Of a stretch of DNA of 64,000 nt, positions 63,101 through 64,000 are shown piece by piece. Origin of the DNA: Candidatus Poseidoniaceae archaeon (GTDB taxonomy: Archaea; Thermoplasmatota; Poseidoniia; Poseidoniales; Poseidoniaceae); NCBI GenBank assembly GCA_049598575.1, contig JBMYNT010000002.1, forward strand, positions 699-64,698, written 5' to 3'. The notes beneath the pieces were generated by a model. That model saw nothing but the letters and a program-made list of their open reading frames with translations. It had not been told where the DNA came from and made no database searches. The translations under genes were made by a program, and so were the position numbers. How positions within the stretch are numbered: the first letter of the stretch is position 1; each line of letters opens with the position of its first letter.

Positions 63101-64000
63101 GCTCGATGTTGTTGGCGTTGCTCATTTCGTTGTCGCCAAACCATGGAACGCCAGCGGTGGTGTTGTCGAAGATGGTCTCAGCACGAATCATGTAGACACC
63201 GGAGAAGAACTCGTGGTTGGCAACAGTGGTCGTTGCAACGTCTTCTGCATCGACGTTGGTTCGTGAAACGGTGTAGGATGCATCTTCGTAGAAGGTGAAC
63301 TCCTGCAATGTGATGTTGTTGAAAGCAACACCCTTGAATCCGTCGTTGATACCGTTGCGGCCATCACCGTCACTCTGGAACTCGAAGTTGATATCAACGG
63401 TCGAGCCTGCGAGCGAGATGCACTCACGGAACCACTGCAAGCTGTCTGCAGCAGTGTTGTTGAGGACGTACAGGTGCGTCAAGTCGATGCTTCGGCTTAG
63501 AACAAGGTCGTCTGTGTTGAAGAAGACGTTGTAGTTACCGGCAGATCCGTCTGTGCTTGCAGAGTCACCGATAAAGGAAATCTCTGCTTGATTAATGGAT
63601 TCGCTTGAGTTCGTGAATCCGTCACCGTTATCGTCGTTGCGGCAGGTTCCGTCTTCGTCGTAGTCGTTCCACTGTCCGAGAAGGACACCAGAGTATGTGT
63701 CACTGCCCTTGGTGAAATCAACGTTGATGGAAGCGTAGTCGTTGACATCGACAATGGATGTTCCGTCGACATCGATACCGTAGAAGGTGTCTGCATAGTA
63801 CTCGAAGTTCAGTGAAACGAAGTCACCGGACATGCTTGTCAAATCAACACCAGGGATGGTGAGCGTCTCGTTTTCCCACAAGTCGCCGTATCCTTGCGTT
63901 GCCGTATCACATGGGTGACCGAACCAGTATGCGTTGTTGTTGAAGATGAGATCGTTGCAAGTCGCTTCGTTGTAGATGGCACCTTGTGGGTTGCCATCGT
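60189..64000 (-). CDS. Very large cell-surface protein (more than 1270 aa, N-terminus beyond window end) with C-terminal TM helix and Gln/Tyr/Ala-rich cytoplasmic tail
   Basis: The track 'M' at 63881 is a TTG codon inside an open frame that continues without stop to position 64000. The extracellular part is rich in Asp/Thr/Asn/Gly. C-terminal TM MLIVGIIATILVLLLVTVFFL is followed by AQGYPEETARAYAAQYVGQSAAAAAPAAAAPAAASNDLYTQYYNQYYQQFVAQGYDEATAAQYAQQYAAQAQQQQ. Confidence 0.7.
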   Translation of the reverse strand, partial: DGNPQGAIYNEATCNDLIFNNNAYWFGHPCDTATQGYGDLWENETLTIPGVDLTSMSGDFVSLNFEYYADTFYGIDVDGTSIVDVNDYASINVDFTKGSDTYSGVLLGQWNDYDEDGTCRNDDNGDGFTNSSESINQAEISFIGDSASTDGSAGNYNVFFNTDDLVLSRSIDLTHLYVLNNTAADSLQWFRECISLAGSTVDINFEFQSDGDGRNGINDGFKGVAFNNITLQEFTFYEDASYTVSRTNVDAEDVATTTVANHEFFSGVYMIRAETIFDNTTAGVPWFGDNEMSNANNIEQVIFNVESVDITLGKPSTLACLDDGVYACVLPIDGSLTHNWDLKATNGVLAGDYMFYMTVFDETDGTQVYQASSAPTTTTLASNERIDLTFPAYNGWMDGHTYNISFHAELANGNPSGNVRYFHATFADQIDVAILGDSTARTSTIKQDLQLLGMSYTQYGINDWTTYLDSGWMTHYDKILLPWQEDIAAKDVESGGRGYYQKLGSTANRQTLESFMSAGGTVQAHLGPQGSQIYGLDVGLNGRLPFGMDVQSRNTPETKILYTGLDIADPFHPIMDDVSTTAFQGFEGDGTVATAVLNTNSVSTQNVPGVCNGYMEDGGFFQSLLRTDANSKDVIMGTCSYYQGGMIVSTIDVSTYSSRADSTTFPLLGNMLSYSVTPYPEGFGAMGQDLGLTIDGEMPGIDPSTGGYATHYMKSDATVNFGYTTATSATLTADWILDGPTDWMGQTMASGTDHISEASPSATFCKTDLSSATGCLQGATWTVTLLLHDEAGHARIITVDVETNDVLADAFAPEANMSIDMRDEYADNIEYIGTKTVSSTEWDVNRVILSEAGELVLHFDASESFDADAIDGTNGIVTYEWKVFFDAPYGDTSFNLEGHTFEESAASNGLFSYKFQNVTVDDSGTAESQIRMELRVYDASGKFSDKFRMYFVVVPEGYGDEIPVVQYNDFENTSVGVSESTYTITGTILSGSETGEVYVEAAFSREDFSASAIEKYNLITDSKFDRTDALADSDTFELTLNIDEFYSNTSEVVEIWVRVYEGDDERWSDDLTKMVLINLKQCRGVLANESALAAGGEFAWNSTTSECDWIGEWEYDPETGTWSEPSTDNQGGEDTEESSLMLIVGIIATILVLLLVTVFFLRGGSGDKVDNLSAAAAGYGQEMDMTEQYVQQLIAQGYPEETARAYAAQYVGQSAAAAAPAAAAPAAASNDLYTQYYNQYYQQFVAQGYDEATAAQYAQQYAAQAQQQQ

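Noticed and set aside
63879-63881. Track start ('M') of the 60189..63881 ORF
   Set aside because: The codon reads TTG by eye, and the frame stays open with no stop to position 64000. It is therefore an internal residue of a gene extending beyond the window, not a start.
1-64000. tRNA/rRNA/other ncRNA genes, transposases or integrases, prophage or defence islands (RM, CBASS, toxin-antitoxin)
   Set aside because: All intergenic gaps are 130 nt or shorter and none shows tRNA-like structure on inspection. No ORF resembles a transposase, integrase, Cas, nuclease-helicase defence protein or toxin-antitoxin pair. RNA genes cannot be fully excluded without Infernal or tRNAscan.

Overview
This 64 kb window is about 90% coding and looks like chromosomal DNA from a salt-in halophilic archaeon. 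The evidence is strongly acidic predicted proteins, PGF-CTERM-type surface proteins, and archaeal-only enzymes (PurP, AroA'/AroB', GHMP-type shikimate kinase, RibL), with a visibly moderate GC content for a haloarchaeon (roughly 50%, judged by eye and not computed). Haloquadratum-like is only an inference from this composition.

Genes identified, in order along the window:
- 1..671: partial tryptophan 2,3-dioxygenase (minus strand), missed by the ORF track.
- 785..1897: purP.
- 1900..3219: membrane-anchored ER/K single-alpha-helix protein with a C-terminal beta-sandwich-like domain.
- 3318..8452: shikimate-pathway operon aroA'-aroB'-aroK-aroC plus aspartate kinase.
- 8455..13491: MoxR AAA+ / DUF58 (vWA-like) / DUF4350 / polytopic membrane protein operon.
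- 13619..18972: tightly coupled operon of xanthine-dehydrogenase-family subunits (2Fe-2S, Mo, FAD) followed by a secreted PGF-CTERM-like protein.
- 19029..26568: two membrane-anchored S8 subtilases flanking a 1342 aa polytopic membrane protein with more than 30 predicted helices.
- 26639..29747: oligoribonuclease, then a mocA-xdhC-old-yellow-enzyme operon.
- 29814..33479: hypothetical protein, acyl-CoA dehydrogenase, CaCA antiporter, aquaporin.
- 33457..36042: 2-oxoacid dehydrogenase E1 alpha/beta fusion with an extra N-terminal domain.
- 36113..40115: DedA, a receiver-domain protein, MoeB/UbaA-like E1 with a rhodanese domain, and TrxB.
- 40198..43776: 1192 aa secreted protein with beta-propeller and thrombospondin-type-3 repeats.
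- 43840..44385: DUF457-like membrane protein.
- 44362..46554: riboflavin/FAD operon ribB-ribL-riboflavin synthase-ribH.
- 46679..48919: AP-endonuclease-family-2 protein with a eukaryote-like charged tail, then gpsA.
- 48935..49186: small acidic hypothetical protein.
- 49191..51897: phnDCE ABC transporter.
- 51959..52870: hypothetical membrane protein.
- 52934..56734: ABC-2 exporter plus a PGF-CTERM surface protein.
- 56780..57799: Gar1 fused to two RanBP2-type zinc fingers and three 21-aa RGG repeats.
- 57811..58848: TPR/membrane protein.
- 58854..60128: adenosylhomocysteinase.
- 60189..64000: more than 1270 aa surface protein running off the window end, with a Q/Y/A-rich cytoplasmic tail.

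No rRNA, tRNA, CRISPR array, transposase or integrase was found. All intergenic gaps are 130 nt or shorter. The ORF track treats GTG and TTG as 'M' starts, so several starts were moved to the first internal ATG; coordinates derived from that codon arithmetic are reliable, while single-nucleotide motif positions read by eye are approximate.

The candidates most likely to be novel are the S8-protease / giant membrane protein / S8-protease locus, the Gar1-zinc-finger-RGG fusion, the membrane-tethered ER/K-helix protein, and the MoxR-DUF58-DUF4350 operon whose MoxR carries a Pro/Ala-rich N-terminal extension.
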